The position numbers were made by a program, and so were the translations under genes. The notes under the pieces were generated by a model. That model had not been told where the DNA came from, did no database searches, and saw only the letters and a program-made list of their open reading frames with translations. From positions 1-59,118 of the forward strand of contig CAXXFV010000002.1 of assembly GCA_963674595.2 (NCBI GenBank): DNA of 59,118 nucleotides, written 5' to 3'. Positions 39,551 through 50,713 of this stretch are shown here, one piece after another; the stretch's first letter is position 1, and every line of letters begins with the position of its first letter. Source of the stretch: a bacterium (GTDB lineage: Bacteria; Zhuqueibacterota; Zhuqueibacteria; Residuimicrobiales; Krinioviventaceae).

Positions 39551-41383
39551 TTATTCCACTGTTACACTTTTTGCCAGATTACGCGGCATATCCACATCAC
39601 ATCCTCTGAAAACGGCGATATAATAAGCCAGTAACTGTAATGGAATGATAGTAACCAATGGATTAAGCATTTCTAATGTTTGTGGTACATAAATTACTTT
39701 TTCAACACGTTTTGCAATTTCTTTATCGCCTTCCGTTGCAATGGCAATAACCCGGCCTTTACGGGCACGAACTTCTTCAATATTACTCATAACTTTATCA
39801 TAGACAGAGTCCTGAGTTGCAATAAAGACAATCGGCATGTTTTCATCTATTAATGCAATAGGACCGTGTTTCATTTCTGCTGCCGGGTATCCTTCTGCAT
39901 GAATATAAGAAATTTCTTTTAATTTCAAAGCTCCTTCCAGGGCAACAGGGTAATTGTAACCTCTTCCAAGATATAAAAAGTTTCGGGCCGATTTAAATTC
40001 GTCGGCAATTTCTTTTATAATTTCTCTGTTTTCAAGCACTTGGGCGACTTTTTCCGGGATACTTGCCAGTTCTCTGACGAGATCATTGCCCTTGCTATTC
40101 GAAATGGATCTCATTCGTCCAAGTAAAAGCGTCATAAGCGCCAGAACAGTTACCTGTGATGTAAAAGCTTTTGTGGAAGCCACACCAATTTCAGGACCGG
40201 CATGCAGGTAGATACCGGCATCTGTTTCTCTCGCAATGGAGGACCCTACAACGTTACAAATACCATATACTTTACTTCTTTTTCTCTTGGCTTCACGTAT
40301 TGCTGCCAGTGTATCGGCTGTTTCACCGGACTGGCTGATCGCGATAACAATGGAATCCGGGCCTAAAATGGGGTCACGATACCGAAACTCTGATGCATAT
40401 TCCACTTCAACCGGAATTCCCACCAGATCTTCAAGCATATACTCACCAATTAGTCCGGCATGCCAGGAAGTTCCGCACGCAGTAATAACAACGCGCCTGG
40501 CGTAAAGTAAGGATTCAAGGTCTTTTTCAATTCCACCGAGTTTGGAGATACCTTCTTCAAACAATAATCTGCCCCGCATAGAGTCTCGTATCGTTTCCGG
40601 TTGTCCCATAATTTCTTTGAGCATAAAATGGGGGTACCCGGCTTTTTCAATAGCGCTTAAATCGGTTTCAATGACCTGTGTGGCTTTTTCAACAATTCGG
40701 TTGTCTATTGTGGTAACGGTCATTTGTTCCCTGGAAATCATGGCCATTTCACCATCTTCAAGATAGGCGACATCATTAATATGAGAAACAAGCGGTGCCG
40801 TGTCTGAAGCGATAAAATATTCATTTTTTCCCACACCAATTACCAATGGGCTGCCCTGGCGTGCGGCAATGAGCATGTTTGGATTATCTTTGACAATGAC
40901 AACAATACCATAGGTTCCCTGGATACGGGTTAGACCCAAACGAACCGCTTCTGCTAAATCATAGCCATTTTTAGTATATTCTTCAAATAAATGACACAGT
41001 GTTTCCGTATCTGTTTCTGTTTTAAAATGGTGGCCCTTGGATAAGAGTTCGGTTCGAATGGCTACATAATTTTCAATAATACCATTGTGAACAACAGCTA
41101 TCCTGCCGGAACAATCGGTATGCGGGTGAGCATTAATTTCGTTTGGTTCGCCGTGTGTTGCCCAGCGTGTATGTCCCATACCTATTGTACTATCAGATGG
41201 TTGAGTTTTAATCAATTGCTCCAGATTGGCTATTTTGCCTACTTTTTTCTGAATTAACAATTGATCTGATTCAATTAAAGCCAGTCCCGCTGAATCATAA
41301 CCGCGATATTCCAGCCGTTTAAGTCCGTTTAATAAAATTGGTGTCGCTTTTTGATAACCGATGTAACCTACAATACCACACAT
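39551..41383 (-). CDS. glmS: Glutamine--fructose-6-phosphate transaminase
   Basis: MCGIVG, LEYRGYDSAG, HTRWATHG, SQSGETADT and PRNLAKSVTVE motifs. Confidence 0.98.
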   Translation of the reverse strand: MCGIVGYIGYQKATPILLNGLKRLEYRGYDSAGLALIESDQLLIQKKVGKIANLEQLIKTQPSDSTIGMGHTRWATHGEPNEINAHPHTDCSGRIAVVHNGIIENYVAIRTELLSKGHHFKTETDTETLCHLFEEYTKNGYDLAEAVRLGLTRIQGTYGIVVIVKDNPNMLIAARQGSPLVIGVGKNEYFIASDTAPLVSHINDVAYLEDGEMAMISREQMTVTTIDNRIVEKATQVIETDLSAIEKAGYPHFMLKEIMGQPETIRDSMRGRLLFEEGISKLGGIEKDLESLLYARRVVITACGTSWHAGLIGEYMLEDLVGIPVEVEYASEFRYRDPILGPDSIVIAISQSGETADTLAAIREAKRKRSKVYGICNVVGSSIARETDAGIYLHAGPEIGVASTKAFTSQVTVLALMTLLLGRMRSISNSKGNDLVRELASIPEKVAQVLENREIIKEIADEFKSARNFLYLGRGYNYPVALEGALKLKEISYIHAEGYPAAEMKHGPIALIDENMPIVFIATQDSVYDKVMSNIEEVRARKGRVIAIATEGDKEIAKRVEKVIYVPQTLEMLNPLVTIIPLQLLAYYIAVFRGCDVDMPRNLAKSVTVE

Positions 41384-41405
41384 TCTTTACAGCCCCTTTC
41401 CGAAA

Positions 41406-42944
41406 TTATTCCCATTCAATCGTGCTTGGGGGTTTGGAACTAATGTCATAAACAACACGATTGACTCCTTTTACTTCATTAATGATTCGATTTGATATTT
41501 TTGCCAAAACTTTATTTGGGATTTCTGCCCAATCTGCAGTCATACCGTCCATACTTGTTACGGCGCGTAAGGCGATAACGTGTTCATAGGTCCGTTCATC
41601 ACCCATAACACCAACTGTTTGCACCGGAAGCAGCACGGCAAAAGCCTGCCAGATTTCATCGTATAAATTATTTTCATATAATTCATCTATAAAAATTTTG
41701 TCAGCCGGTTTTAATATATTCAATCGTTCTTCTGTAATTTCACCCAAAATACGAACAGCTAAACCAGGACCGGGGAATGGATGCCGACCTAAAATATGTG
41801 AGGGTATATCCAGTTCTTTTCCCACACGTCTAACTTCGTCTTTAAAAAGCTCTTTTAACGGTTCTACTAGTTTGAGTCCCATTTTTTCCGGAAGGCCGCC
41901 GACGTTATGATGGGATTTTATGGTTGCAGAAGGGCCTTTAATCGATACACTTTCAATAACATCGGGGTATAACGTACCCTGGACCAGATAATCAATTTCT
42001 CCGATCTTTTTAGCTTCTTCTTCAAATACACGGATAAATTCCGTTCCGATAATTTTTCTTTTTTTCTCCGGGTCTGTTACGCCTTGCAGTTTTGTCAGAA
42101 AACGTTCGCCGGCGTCGACGAAATGAAAATCAAAATCAGCGTCTTTATAAAAGTCACAAACCTGTTTGGCTTCATTCTGGCGCAGCATTCCCGTATCAAC
42201 AAAAATACAGGAGAGGTTTTGCCCGATGGCCCTGTTTACAAGATAAGCGGCAACAGTCGAATCCACACCTCCGCTTAATGCGCAAATGGTCCGTTTATTA
42301 CCTGTTTGTTTTTGTATCTCCCGGATGGATGTATCTACAAATGAGCTGGCATTCCAGTTGCCGTCACATTTACAGACACGGGATACAAAATTATGTAATA
42401 ACTCTTTTCCTTTAGGGGTATGGACCACTTCGGGATGAAACTGTATACCAAAAATATTTTTTTGTTCATGGCGAATAGCTGCTATCGGCGCATTTGGTGT
42501 GTGGCCGATGACCTGAAAATTTTCAGGAGCGGCTGTCAGGTGGTCACCGTGACTCATCCAAACCTGTAGATTTTGATCAAATCCGTAAAACAGGTCCTTA
42601 TGATCATCAATCATCAGTTCGGCTCTTCCATATTCTCTTCTAACAGCGCTGTCAACTTTGCCGCCGTTCAAATGAGCAATAATTTGCAGACCATAACAGA
42701 TTCCCAAAATAGGGCAGTCCATTTTAAATATTTCAGAGGAGGGTAGGGGAGCATCTTTGGCATAGACCGATGACGGGCCGCCTGATAAAATAATCCCTTT
42801 AGGGTTCATTTTTTTAAGCTCTTCCAAATCGATATTATAGGGTTTAATTTCTGAATAAACACCTAATTCACGTATTCTTCTGGCAATAAGCTGTGTATAT
42901 TGAGATCCAAAATCCAGGACCAGGATGAGTTCTGAATGTAGCAT
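41406..42944 (-). CDS. guaA: GMP synthase (glutamine-hydrolysing)
   Basis: [34 protein letters not shown] and KPPSTIEWE motifs. Confidence 0.98.
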   Translation of the reverse strand: MLHSELILVLDFGSQYTQLIARRIRELGVYSEIKPYNIDLEELKKMNPKGIILSGGPSSVYAKDAPLPSSEIFKMDCPILGICYGLQIIAHLNGGKVDSAVRREYGRAELMIDDHKDLFYGFDQNLQVWMSHGDHLTAAPENFQVIGHTPNAPIAAIRHEQKNIFGIQFHPEVVHTPKGKELLHNFVSRVCKCDGNWNASSFVDTSIREIQKQTGNKRTICALSGGVDSTVAAYLVNRAIGQNLSCIFVDTGMLRQNEAKQVCDFYKDADFDFHFVDAGERFLTKLQGVTDPEKKRKIIGTEFIRVFEEEAKKIGEIDYLVQGTLYPDVIESVSIKGPSATIKSHHNVGGLPEKMGLKLVEPLKELFKDEVRRVGKELDIPSHILGRHPFPGPGLAVRILGEITEERLNILKPADKIFIDELYENNLYDEIWQAFAVLLPVQTVGVMGDERTYEHVIALRAVTSMDGMTADWAEIPNKVLAKISNRIINEVKGVNRVVYDISSKPPSTIEWE

Positions 42945-42964
42945 TTTATCTAGTTACCTTTTTA

Positions 42965-43735
42965 TTACAGTTCAAAATTCCATGATTTTAATTCTTTTAA
43001 AATCGGGTAATAGGTTAAATCATAATGAACAGGTGTTACAGTAATTTTATTTTGTTTAATGGCATAGTCGTCAAAATTTTCATCTTGTTCGGTTTCTGCT
43101 TTTTCACCTGTAAGCCAATAATAATCTCTGTTATGCGGGTCTTTTCTCCACTGAAATTCTTCGGTGAAATTAGCCATACCCTGCTGTGTAATTTGAATGC
43201 CTTTTATTTGTTCCTGGGGAACATTAGGGATGTTTATGTTTAAAAATACACCTTTGGGTAGAGAGTTATTTAGAATGGTTTTTGCAAATTTTGCCGCGTA
43301 TTTGGCAGCTACTGAAAAGTCCGGATTTGATTCGGTGGCTAAAGAAATGGCAAAAGATGGGATTCCCAAAATGGCTCCCTCTGTAGCCGCAGAAACAGTT
43401 CCCGAATAAATGGTGTTAATACCGGTATTGGCGCCAAAATTGATACCGGATATTAATAAATCCGGTTTTGGCTTGTCCTTTAACAATGCCCAGTATGCAA
43501 TTTTAACACAATCGGCCGGTGTCCCGTTGACGGCGTGACCAAAAAATGTGTCGTTTTTATAAAATTTGCTAACCCGCAGCGGATCGCTGATGGTAATCGC
43601 ATGTCCAACAGCACTCATTTCTGTTGCCGGTGCAATTATAGTAACCTCAGCATGTTTGGACATTTCTTTTGCCAGTGCGGCAATCCCTGGGGCATTTATT
43701 CCATCGTCATTAGTAAGTAGTATATTAACAGGCAA
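42965..43735 (-). CDS. surE: 5'/3'-nucleotidase SurE
   Basis: ILLTNDDG, GTPADCV, SGIN.G.N and YSGTVSAA.E motifs. Confidence 0.96.
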   Translation of the reverse strand: MPVNILLTNDDGINAPGIAALAKEMSKHAEVTIIAPATEMSAVGHAITISDPLRVSKFYKNDTFFGHAVNGTPADCVKIAYWALLKDKPKPDLLISGINFGANTGINTIYSGTVSAATEGAILGIPSFAISLATESNPDFSVAAKYAAKFAKTILNNSLPKGVFLNINIPNVPQEQIKGIQITQQGMANFTEEFQWRKDPHNRDYYWLTGEKAETEQDENFDDYAIKQNKITVTPVHYDLTYYPILKELKSWNFEL

Positions 43736-43754
43736 AATATTTTTCCTTAAAAAA

Positions 43755-44604
43755 TTATGCAGCAGCAGAATTAAAAAATGAAAGCATTTGATTTAAACGT
43801 TCCCGCATGTCCTTGCGATGAACAATACAGTCAATAAAACCGTGTTCCAATAAAAATTCGGCACGTTGGAAACCTTCGGGAAGGTCCTGGCCGATTGTTT
43901 GTTTGATAACGCGTTGCCCGGCAAAGCCGATGAGTGCCTTGGGTTCTGCAATTATTATGTCTCCGAGCATTGAAAAACTTGCTGTTACGCCGCCTGTGGT
44001 CGGATCGGTAATGAGCGATATATAAGGCAATCCGGCATCAGACAACATTGCCAGCTTGGCAGATGTTTTCGCCATTTGCATGAGCGACAGGGCCCCTTCC
44101 TGCATTCTGGCGCCACCGGAAGCAGAAACAATAATCAACGGACTTTTTGTTTCAAGAGCTTTATCAACTGCCCGTGAAATTTTTTCCCCGACTACAGATC
44201 CCATACTACCGCCGATAAAACGAAAATCCATAACAGCCAGAACAATCGGATTTGCATAGATTGTGCAGGTACCTGTTTTTATGGCTGAATTCATGCCTGT
44301 TTTTTGCACGGCAGATTTAATGCGGTCCGAATATTTTTTAGAATCTTTAAATTTTAGAGGATCTACCCGGCGTTATATGTGCATTAAATTCTTTAAATGA
44401 ATTTTCATCAACCAGGAGATTAATATATTCTCCGCTTGAAATACGAAAATGGAAATCGCATTTACTACAGACAGAATTATTGCGGACAAGTTCTTTTTTA
44501 TAAAGAACTTCATTGCAATTTTGACATTTTATCCATAATCCGTCCGGCAGTTCCTTCTTCGTTTGTGGTGTCAACCCCATTGTGACACGTTTAAACCAAG
44601 CCAT
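43755..44604 (-). CDS. accD: Acetyl-CoA carboxylase carboxyltransferase beta subunit; frameshift near 44368
   Basis: LWIKC..C / C..C zinc ribbon in one frame; [22 protein letters not shown] and [11 protein letters not shown] in the next. Confidence 0.95.
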
Positions 44605-45133
44605 ATTTACTCCGTTTAGCTGGTATATAATTTAATTTGCATGACATTAACAAGGCGTCTTCATTTTCTGCTTCGTAATAATTGGGTCTTGTTCCTGTTG
44701 TTACAAATCCTGATTTTTCATACAGTTTTATTGCATGTTGATTTGACTTTCTTACTTCCAAATGAATATACTCAACATTTTGTGTTTTGCAGATTTCAAT
44801 AAATTGAGAAATAATCCAACTTGCAATGCCTCTATGTCTGAATTTTTTTGAAACAGCCAGATTGGCAATATGAGCTTCATCAAAAAGAATCCAGGTAATG
44901 ATAAAAGCAACAACTTTATTGTCCAACGTTACAACCATACATAAAGAATATTTTTTCTCTTCCAATTCCGAAAAAAATGATTCAATTGACCAGGGCGTCG
45001 GAAATGTAGCTGTTTCAATTTTATGCACTTGCAAAATATCCAATTGTCTCATTTTGCGCAAGGTAAACATTTTACCGGAAACAGTGTCCTTTTTAGTTAT
45101 TGCCGGTATATTTAATTCTTGTTGTATGTTCAT
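44591..45133 (-). CDS. rimI: Ribosomal-protein-alanine N-acetyltransferase
   Basis: IE..TF..PWS, EAHIANLAV, LEVRKSN..AI.LY and R.NYY...EDA motifs. Confidence 0.9.
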   Translation of the reverse strand: MNIQQELNIPAITKKDTVSGKMFTLRKMRQLDILQVHKIETATFPTPWSIESFFSELEEKKYSLCMVVTLDNKVVAFIITWILFDEAHIANLAVSKKFRHRGIASWIISQFIEICKTQNVEYIHLEVRKSNQHAIKLYEKSGFVTTGTRPNYYEAENEDALLMSCKLNYIPAKRSKYGLV

Positions 45134-45147
45134 AAAATTAAGACAGT

Positions 45148-45816
45148 TTACGCCGTTTTTGGTTTTACTGCTATAAATTCTTGATAATAAGTGGGTTCAA
45201 AAGTATCGCTGTTTAAAGTATCATATTTGGAATTTTTGCTGCCGAGTAATGCAATTGTATAACTGTTTGCATAAATTTGGCGGTTTTTCAGGTAGACGAA
45301 TTGGTCAGGCAGTTTGAGTTTGGTGTTTGTTGTAATATCACCAAAGATAATGGTGTTTTCAGGTGTAGCGTTGAAAATTTCTTCATCTGACTTTATGGTA
45401 ATATTTTCAATCATATTGTCGATGAAATTATTCCGTTTATAAATGGCCGTATAATATTCATTTGCTTTGGCTTTAATCGTCGAGCAAATGGTGCCGTCTT
45501 TAACCGGGACCTGGAATACAAGCGCATCCATTGTAGAAACCGGTATAATCGGAATATTGTGGGCCAGAGAAATTCCTTTAGCGACGGATATACCAATTCT
45601 TAAACCGGTAAATGAACCAGGACCGGCTGATACGGCAATGGCATCAATGTCCTGCACTGAAATTTTTATGTCATTCAACATATTTTTTATCAGAACAGGG
45701 AGTTTTCCGGCATGGACATTTTTCAGATTTAGCCGATATTCTGAAATTAACGTTTCATTTTCAACAAGTGCTGTGCTGCATACTTGAGTAGCTGTTTCTA
45801 TTCCAAGTACTTTCAA
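45148..45816 (-). CDS. tsaB: tRNA t6A biosynthesis protein TsaB (probable TTG start 45816)
   Basis: VLGIETAT..CS.A and AVSAGPGSFTGLRIG motifs. Confidence 0.93.
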   Translation of the reverse strand: MKVLGIETATQVCSTALVENETLISEYRLNLKNVHAGKLPVLIKNMLNDIKISVQDIDAIAVSAGPGSFTGLRIGISVAKGISLAHNIPIIPVSTMDALVFQVPVKDGTICSTIKAKANEYYTAIYKRNNFIDNMIENITIKSDEEIFNATPENTIIFGDITTNTKLKLPDQFVYLKNRQIYANSYTIALLGSKNSKYDTLNSDTFEPTYYQEFIAVKPKTA

Positions 45817-45835
45817 AAAGTGTGTTCCTGCTATT

Positions 45836-46279
45836 CTAATTGTCTGTTTTATTGATAGATATATTTCTGCTATCCTGTAAACCTTTTTCAAAAAGCGCTA
45901 AAAGTTTTACCTGATAGACAGATTTTGGCAGCAGTTCCTGAATAATGTCCGGCCATTCGATTAAACAAACACCCTGACCGAAAAAATATTCTTCCAATCC
46001 CAATTCAGCCGCTTCCAAACTGGAATGTAAACGATAAAAATCAAAATGATATACCGGAATTGTACCGTTATATTCATTAATCAATGTAAATGTCGGGCTG
46101 GTAATTGCTTCCTGCACTTTCAGGCCCCGGCAAATACCACGGATTAATGTTGTTTTACCGCTTCCAAGGTTACCTGAAAAAGTCAAAACCTGTCCGGGTT
46201 TTAATTGCCCGGATAGTTGTATGCCAAATTCAATTGTTTCCTGTTCGCTGTTTGTTGTTATGTTTATCGGAAAATCCAT
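45836..46279 (-). CDS. tsaE: tRNA t6A biosynthesis ATPase TsaE
   Basis: GNLGSGKTT, SPTFTL, H.DFYRL and IEW motifs. Confidence 0.96.
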   Translation of the reverse strand: MDFPINITTNSEQETIEFGIQLSGQLKPGQVLTFSGNLGSGKTTLIRGICRGLKVQEAITSPTFTLINEYNGTIPVYHFDFYRLHSSLEAAELGLEEYFFGQGVCLIEWPDIIQELLPKSVYQVKLLALFEKGLQDSRNISINKTDN

Positions 46280-46296
46280 TTTTTAGCTAAACTACC

Positions 46297-47854
46297 TCAA
46301 GTTCCTAATGTAATAACCGGCATAATCATCTCTTCCATTGAAACACCGCCATGTTGAAAACTGTCAGCATAATAGTTTAAATAGTAATGATAATTTGTCG
46401 GATAGACAAAATAATAATCGTCTTTCGCAATCAAATAATTTGTATTGATGTTTCGGACAGGTAATTTATAATCCAATGGATTTTTTAGTATAATTGCGTG
46501 TTTGTTATTGGCCTTTAAATTTTTACCATATTTATAACGCAAACTGGTAGATGTTTCACGATCACCAATGACTTTGGTTCCATGCAGACCGCGTATACTG
46601 CCATGATCTGAGGTAATGATGACCTTGTTCCCGTTTTGCGCCAAATGTTTCAAAGCGCCGAATATCGGGGAATGTTGAAACCATGAAACGGTCATGGAGC
46701 GAAATGCTGCTTCGTTTGGAATCATTTCTTTAATAAGGTCCGATGAACTGCGTGTGTGCGCTAAAATATCGACAAAATTTAAAACAACAGCAGATAACGG
46801 GCTATCTGCGTATTCATGTATTTTTCGCGCAAAATTTCTGGATTCCTGAATTTCCAGGATTTTTGCATATTTTAATCCGGGTTTTAACTGAATTCCCAGA
46901 CGTTCCAACTGTTTTTCCAGCAATTCCTGTTCGTGGCGGTTTAAACTGACATCATCTTCGTCGCTTGTTTTCCATAGTTCCGGCAATTCTTTTTCAATTT
47001 CAGAAGGAAAAAGACCGCTAAAAATTGAGTTACGGGAATAGGGGGTTGCTGTCGGTAAAATAGAAAAATAATAATTTCTTTCAATTTTAAAATATTCTCT
47101 TAAAAGAGGTTCAACAACAAGCCATTGATCAAGCCGTAAATTGTCAATCACCAGTAAACAGGTTTTTTCATTATTTTGAATATGCGGTAAAACAAATTTT
47201 TTAACGATATCTACGGATAAGGGAGGCCTTTCATTTTCATTTAGCCATTTTGGATAGTTTTTTTTCAATAAAACGTCCAAATTCAACATTGCCGTCTTTT
47301 TTCTGATCATACAGAGTTTGACGCAATCCCAAATCCGGGTGCTGGTCCAGTTCAACATCCCATGTAGAAAGTGTTAAATGTATATCAATCCAGTCCTGCC
47401 AATCCAAAGGTTCCAATAATTTCCTGGAAATTTTATTAAATTCGGATGTATAATCTCTGGAAATACGTTTACCGGTAATATTTCTTTTATCCAGAATTTT
47501 TTTACATACCAAAAGTATCTGGCTTGGATTAACAGGTTTGGTTAAATAATCATCAATTTTCCCGCCAATGGCTTCTTCCATAAGTGTTTCTTCTTCACTT
47601 TTGGTAACCATTATAACAGGCAAACCCGGTTTTATTTCTTTAATTTCTGAAAGGGCGGACAAGCCATCCATACCGTGGAGCATTTCATCTAATAAAACCA
47701 GATCAAAAGACTGGTCTTTAATCAGGGCTATGGCATCCTCTGCATTTGTCACGGATTCGACATGATACCCTCTTTGTTTCAGAAATAATATATGTGGACG
47801 TAACAGATCGATTTCATCATCAACCCATAATATTTTCTTTTTTTCTTCCTGCAA
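46297..47854 (-). CDS. porX: PorX-like response regulator / PglZ alkaline-phosphatase-fold protein; frameshift near 47260
   Basis: ILWVDDEID.L.PHI.FL, YLTKPVNPSQI, ILPTATPYSRN, TSDHG, RYKYGKNL and FQHGGVSMEEM motifs; adjacent to tsaE as in Bacteroidota. Confidence 0.88.
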
Positions 47855-48131
47855 ATATGCTCCAATTAAATGATAAACAGAAAAGTACTAAATTTTTAAA
47901 ACTCTGTCAATCGTTTTGTTGATTACTATTTTATGATTGATTTTCAGATTAATATAAAAAATGATTGATTTTCATTCACTTTTTTTTATTATATACTTAA
48001 TAGTGGTGTATGTAAAATTTTTACGAAACTATTTTCAGGATATCGGAAAATATTTTCTTGCATATTATGAAAAAAATTTTTTATTCAATCAGAATCAAAT
48101 TGAGAGTTTGTTATAAAAGGAAGACAGAAAA

Positions 48132-49877
48132 TTGTTGGAACAACTTGTCCATAATGGAATACTGGTCCCGGAATCTGCAAAATATTTGGGATTGACGATT
48201 ACCATTAGAAATGAAAAAATTAAATTAAATGCCAAACAGGAAGAAATGGCTGTTGCCTGGGCCCGTAAACAGGGAACCCCATACGTTGAAGATTTGGTGT
48301 TTGTCCGGAATTTTTTAACGGATTTTTGCAAGGCTTTGAATTTAAATTTTATTGCCAAGATTGATGAAGTCGATTTTAGCTCTGCTATAGACGTTGTTGA
48401 GCATGAGCGGGCAATAAAAGCAAATATGACAAAGGAAGAGAAAAAAGCCCTTGCGGCTGAACGTAAAGAAATTCGTGAAGAGTTAAAGCTTAAATATGGT
48501 TATGCAACTGTCAATGGTGAGGTTGTTGAACTGGCGAATTATATGACGGAACCCAGCGGTATATTCATGGGCCGCGGTAAACATCCCTTACGCGGCCGTT
48601 GGAAAGAAGGCGCCGCTCAGCAGGATGTAACATTAAACCTGAGCCCTGATGCACCAACACCCGATGGTGAATTTATGCGTATTTGGCAGCCGGACTCTAT
48701 GTGGATAGCCCGATGGGAAGATAAATTATCAGGCAAACTAAAATATATCTGGCTTCACGACACGGCCCCAATTAAACAGACACGGGAAGCTCAAAAGTTT
48801 GATAAAGCGATAGAATTGGATAATAGGATTAGTGAAATCCGTCAGCATATTGAAAACGGCCTTTTGGATGATAATGCCAAACGTAAACGAATTGCAACGG
48901 CCTGCTATTTGATTGATGTTCTTTGTCTTCGTGTCGGCGATGAAAAAGACCCGGATGAAGCGGATACCGTCGGCGCAACAACACTGCGTCCTGAACATGT
49001 AAAATTTCATGACAATAGAATTGTGGAATTTCGCTTTTTAGGTAAGGATTCTGTTTTATGGCATAAAAAAATTGAATTATCTGATGTAGGTTATAATAAT
49101 CTAAAACAACTTGTTAAAGATGCCAAACCATCGGTTACAAATGGTCAGAACCGAAAAAAGCACTCAGTTTATAACAAACCCCAGATTTTTCCTGATGTCA
49201 GCAGCCGCAACGTAAATGCATTTTTAAGCGAAGCAATGAAGGGACTGACGGCCAAAGTTTTTCGTACTCACCATGCCAGCCATGTTGTTAAAGACAATCT
49301 GGATTCTTCAAATGTTACAAAAAAGGACCCGGAATATCGTAAATGGGAAGCTGTTGTAAATGCCAATATGGCTGCTGCAATTTTGTGTAATCACACAAAA
49401 CAACCGACTCAAAACTGGGAATCAAGAAAAGAACGTTATAAAGAGCGCGAAACGAAAGCAAAAGAGCGGATTGAAAAGATTAAAAATTTGTCCGTGGAAT
49501 TAAAAAAACAGCTTGTAAATCTTCGTGCTGAATTTGCAGATAAAAAGACTAAAATTACAGATGCCAAAAAGAAAAAAGCAATGATAATAAGATACAGTAA
49601 AAGAATTGAATCTCTTAAAGACCGTATTGAAAAGACAAAAGAACGTGAAGAGAAAGCCCAAATGGCTCTGGGTAAATTACGCGTCCAAAAAGCGATTGCT
49701 TCTAAAAACAGGACCTGGAATTTGGGAACCAGCCAAAAATCATATATTGATCCGAGGGTTTTTTACAATTGGGGAAAAGTTGTAGATTATGATGTGATTG
49801 ATAAATACTATGCCACCACATTACGGCGCAAGTTTATGTGGGTTAAGAATGAAGAGTTGGTTGAGGATGATTGCTAA
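48132..49877 (+). CDS. DNA topoisomerase IB, long eukaryote/archaea-type
   Basis: L.HNG, EP.G.F.GRG.HP.RG, LRVGDEKD, ADTVG, FLGKDS, AKVFRT..AS, AILCNH, coiled-coil linker and GTSQKSYIDPR motifs. Confidence 0.93.
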   Translation: MLEQLVHNGILVPESAKYLGLTITIRNEKIKLNAKQEEMAVAWARKQGTPYVEDLVFVRNFLTDFCKALNLNFIAKIDEVDFSSAIDVVEHERAIKANMTKEEKKALAAERKEIREELKLKYGYATVNGEVVELANYMTEPSGIFMGRGKHPLRGRWKEGAAQQDVTLNLSPDAPTPDGEFMRIWQPDSMWIARWEDKLSGKLKYIWLHDTAPIKQTREAQKFDKAIELDNRISEIRQHIENGLLDDNAKRKRIATACYLIDVLCLRVGDEKDPDEADTVGATTLRPEHVKFHDNRIVEFRFLGKDSVLWHKKIELSDVGYNNLKQLVKDAKPSVTNGQNRKKHSVYNKPQIFPDVSSRNVNAFLSEAMKGLTAKVFRTHHASHVVKDNLDSSNVTKKDPEYRKWEAVVNANMAAAILCNHTKQPTQNWESRKERYKERETKAKERIEKIKNLSVELKKQLVNLRAEFADKKTKITDAKKKKAMIIRYSKRIESLKDRIEKTKEREEKAQMALGKLRVQKAIASKNRTWNLGTSQKSYIDPRVFYNWGKVVDYDVIDKYYATTLRRKFMWVKNEELVEDDC

Positions 49878-49913
49878 ATAAAAAAGCCTTGCTTGTGCAA
49901 GGCTTTTTTATTT
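49878..49913. terminator. Bidirectional intrinsic terminator between topo IB and tRNA-Met
   Basis: ataaaaaagccttgc-ttgt-gcaaggcttttttat. Confidence 0.85.
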
Positions 49914-49918
49914 GTGTG

Positions 49919-49992
49919 TAGCGGCGCAGGGATTCGAACCCCGGACACGTGGATTATGATTCCACTGCTCTAACCAGCTGAGCTACGCCGCC
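49919..49992 (-). tRNA. tRNA-Met(CAT), elongator type
   Basis: GGCGGCGTAGCTCAGCTGGTTAGAGCAGTGGAATCATAATCCACGTGTCCGGGGTTCGAATCCCTGCGCCGCTA; lacks the initiator GGG:CCC anticodon stem. Confidence 0.93.
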
Positions 49993-50051
49993 ATTTTTAA
50001 TTGTATAGCCGCAAAATATATAAAAAATTCTAATACGATGCAAGATTTTTT

Positions 50052-50693
50052 TTAATCGTTTTTGTCTGAAATTCCCAGAGCTTTACGAATCGGTTCCAAA
50101 GCAATTTCAGACCAGGTTTCAACTTTGGTTTCCGAATCCATAATAATTTCTTCCAGTTTATCATAGGGAACAAAATTTCCCCAGGCAATTTCAGAATCTT
50201 TTGGCCTTACCTTGGAAGTTGTTTTAAAAAGGTAAAGCAAACCAAAATGAACCTGACCAACTTCAGTTTGATCGTCGTTTATATAACCTAATATCTCCGG
50301 TTCTTTAAATTTATCCATATATAACTCTTCTTCAATTTCCCGGAGCATACTCGTTTTTATGGGATCCGTGCCGTTCAGGTCTATCTTGTCAATATGCCCG
50401 CCAATTCCCCAGGACCACATGCCCCGGAGTCGTTTTTCATCATACTGCCCGTCTTTGCTGGCCCGCTGATAGGCAAAAATTTCATTGGTTTTTTCATTCA
50501 CGATAATACAATAAGCAATGGGCTGTTTCAGATCTGAATTTTGCTCTGCCAAACCTCTTTTTTCCCAGGTGAAATTATCCTGGATGATTTCATTGTAATT
50601 CGCTACATCAGCAGGAGAAAAACCCTGAAAATAACTGTCTGCAAATAATGTTGAGCGGTCTACAACCATTATCTCTTTTTCTGATTTTAACAA
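50052..50693 (-). CDS. Predicted NUDIX-family phosphoesterase
   Basis: KQPI.Y, E.RL...WS.G.GGH, REIEEEL, G.INDD..EVG.VH.G and ETWS motifs. Confidence 0.85.
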   Translation of the reverse strand: MLKSEKEIMVVDRSTLFADSYFQGFSPADVANYNEIIQDNFTWEKRGLAEQNSDLKQPIAYCIIVNEKTNEIFAYQRASKDGQYDEKRLRGMWSWGIGGHIDKIDLNGTDPIKTSMLREIEEELYMDKFKEPEILGYINDDQTEVGQVHFGLLYLFKTTSKVRPKDSEIAWGNFVPYDKLEEIIMDSETKVETWSEIALEPIRKALGISDKND

Positions 50694-50713
50694 AATATCT
50701 CCAAGTAATTATG

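Noticed and set aside
47855-48131. AT-rich spacer as a replication origin (also 10930-11040 and 57480-57757)
   Set aside because: No DnaA-box cluster or iterons seen; consistent with ordinary promoter regions in an AT-rich genome
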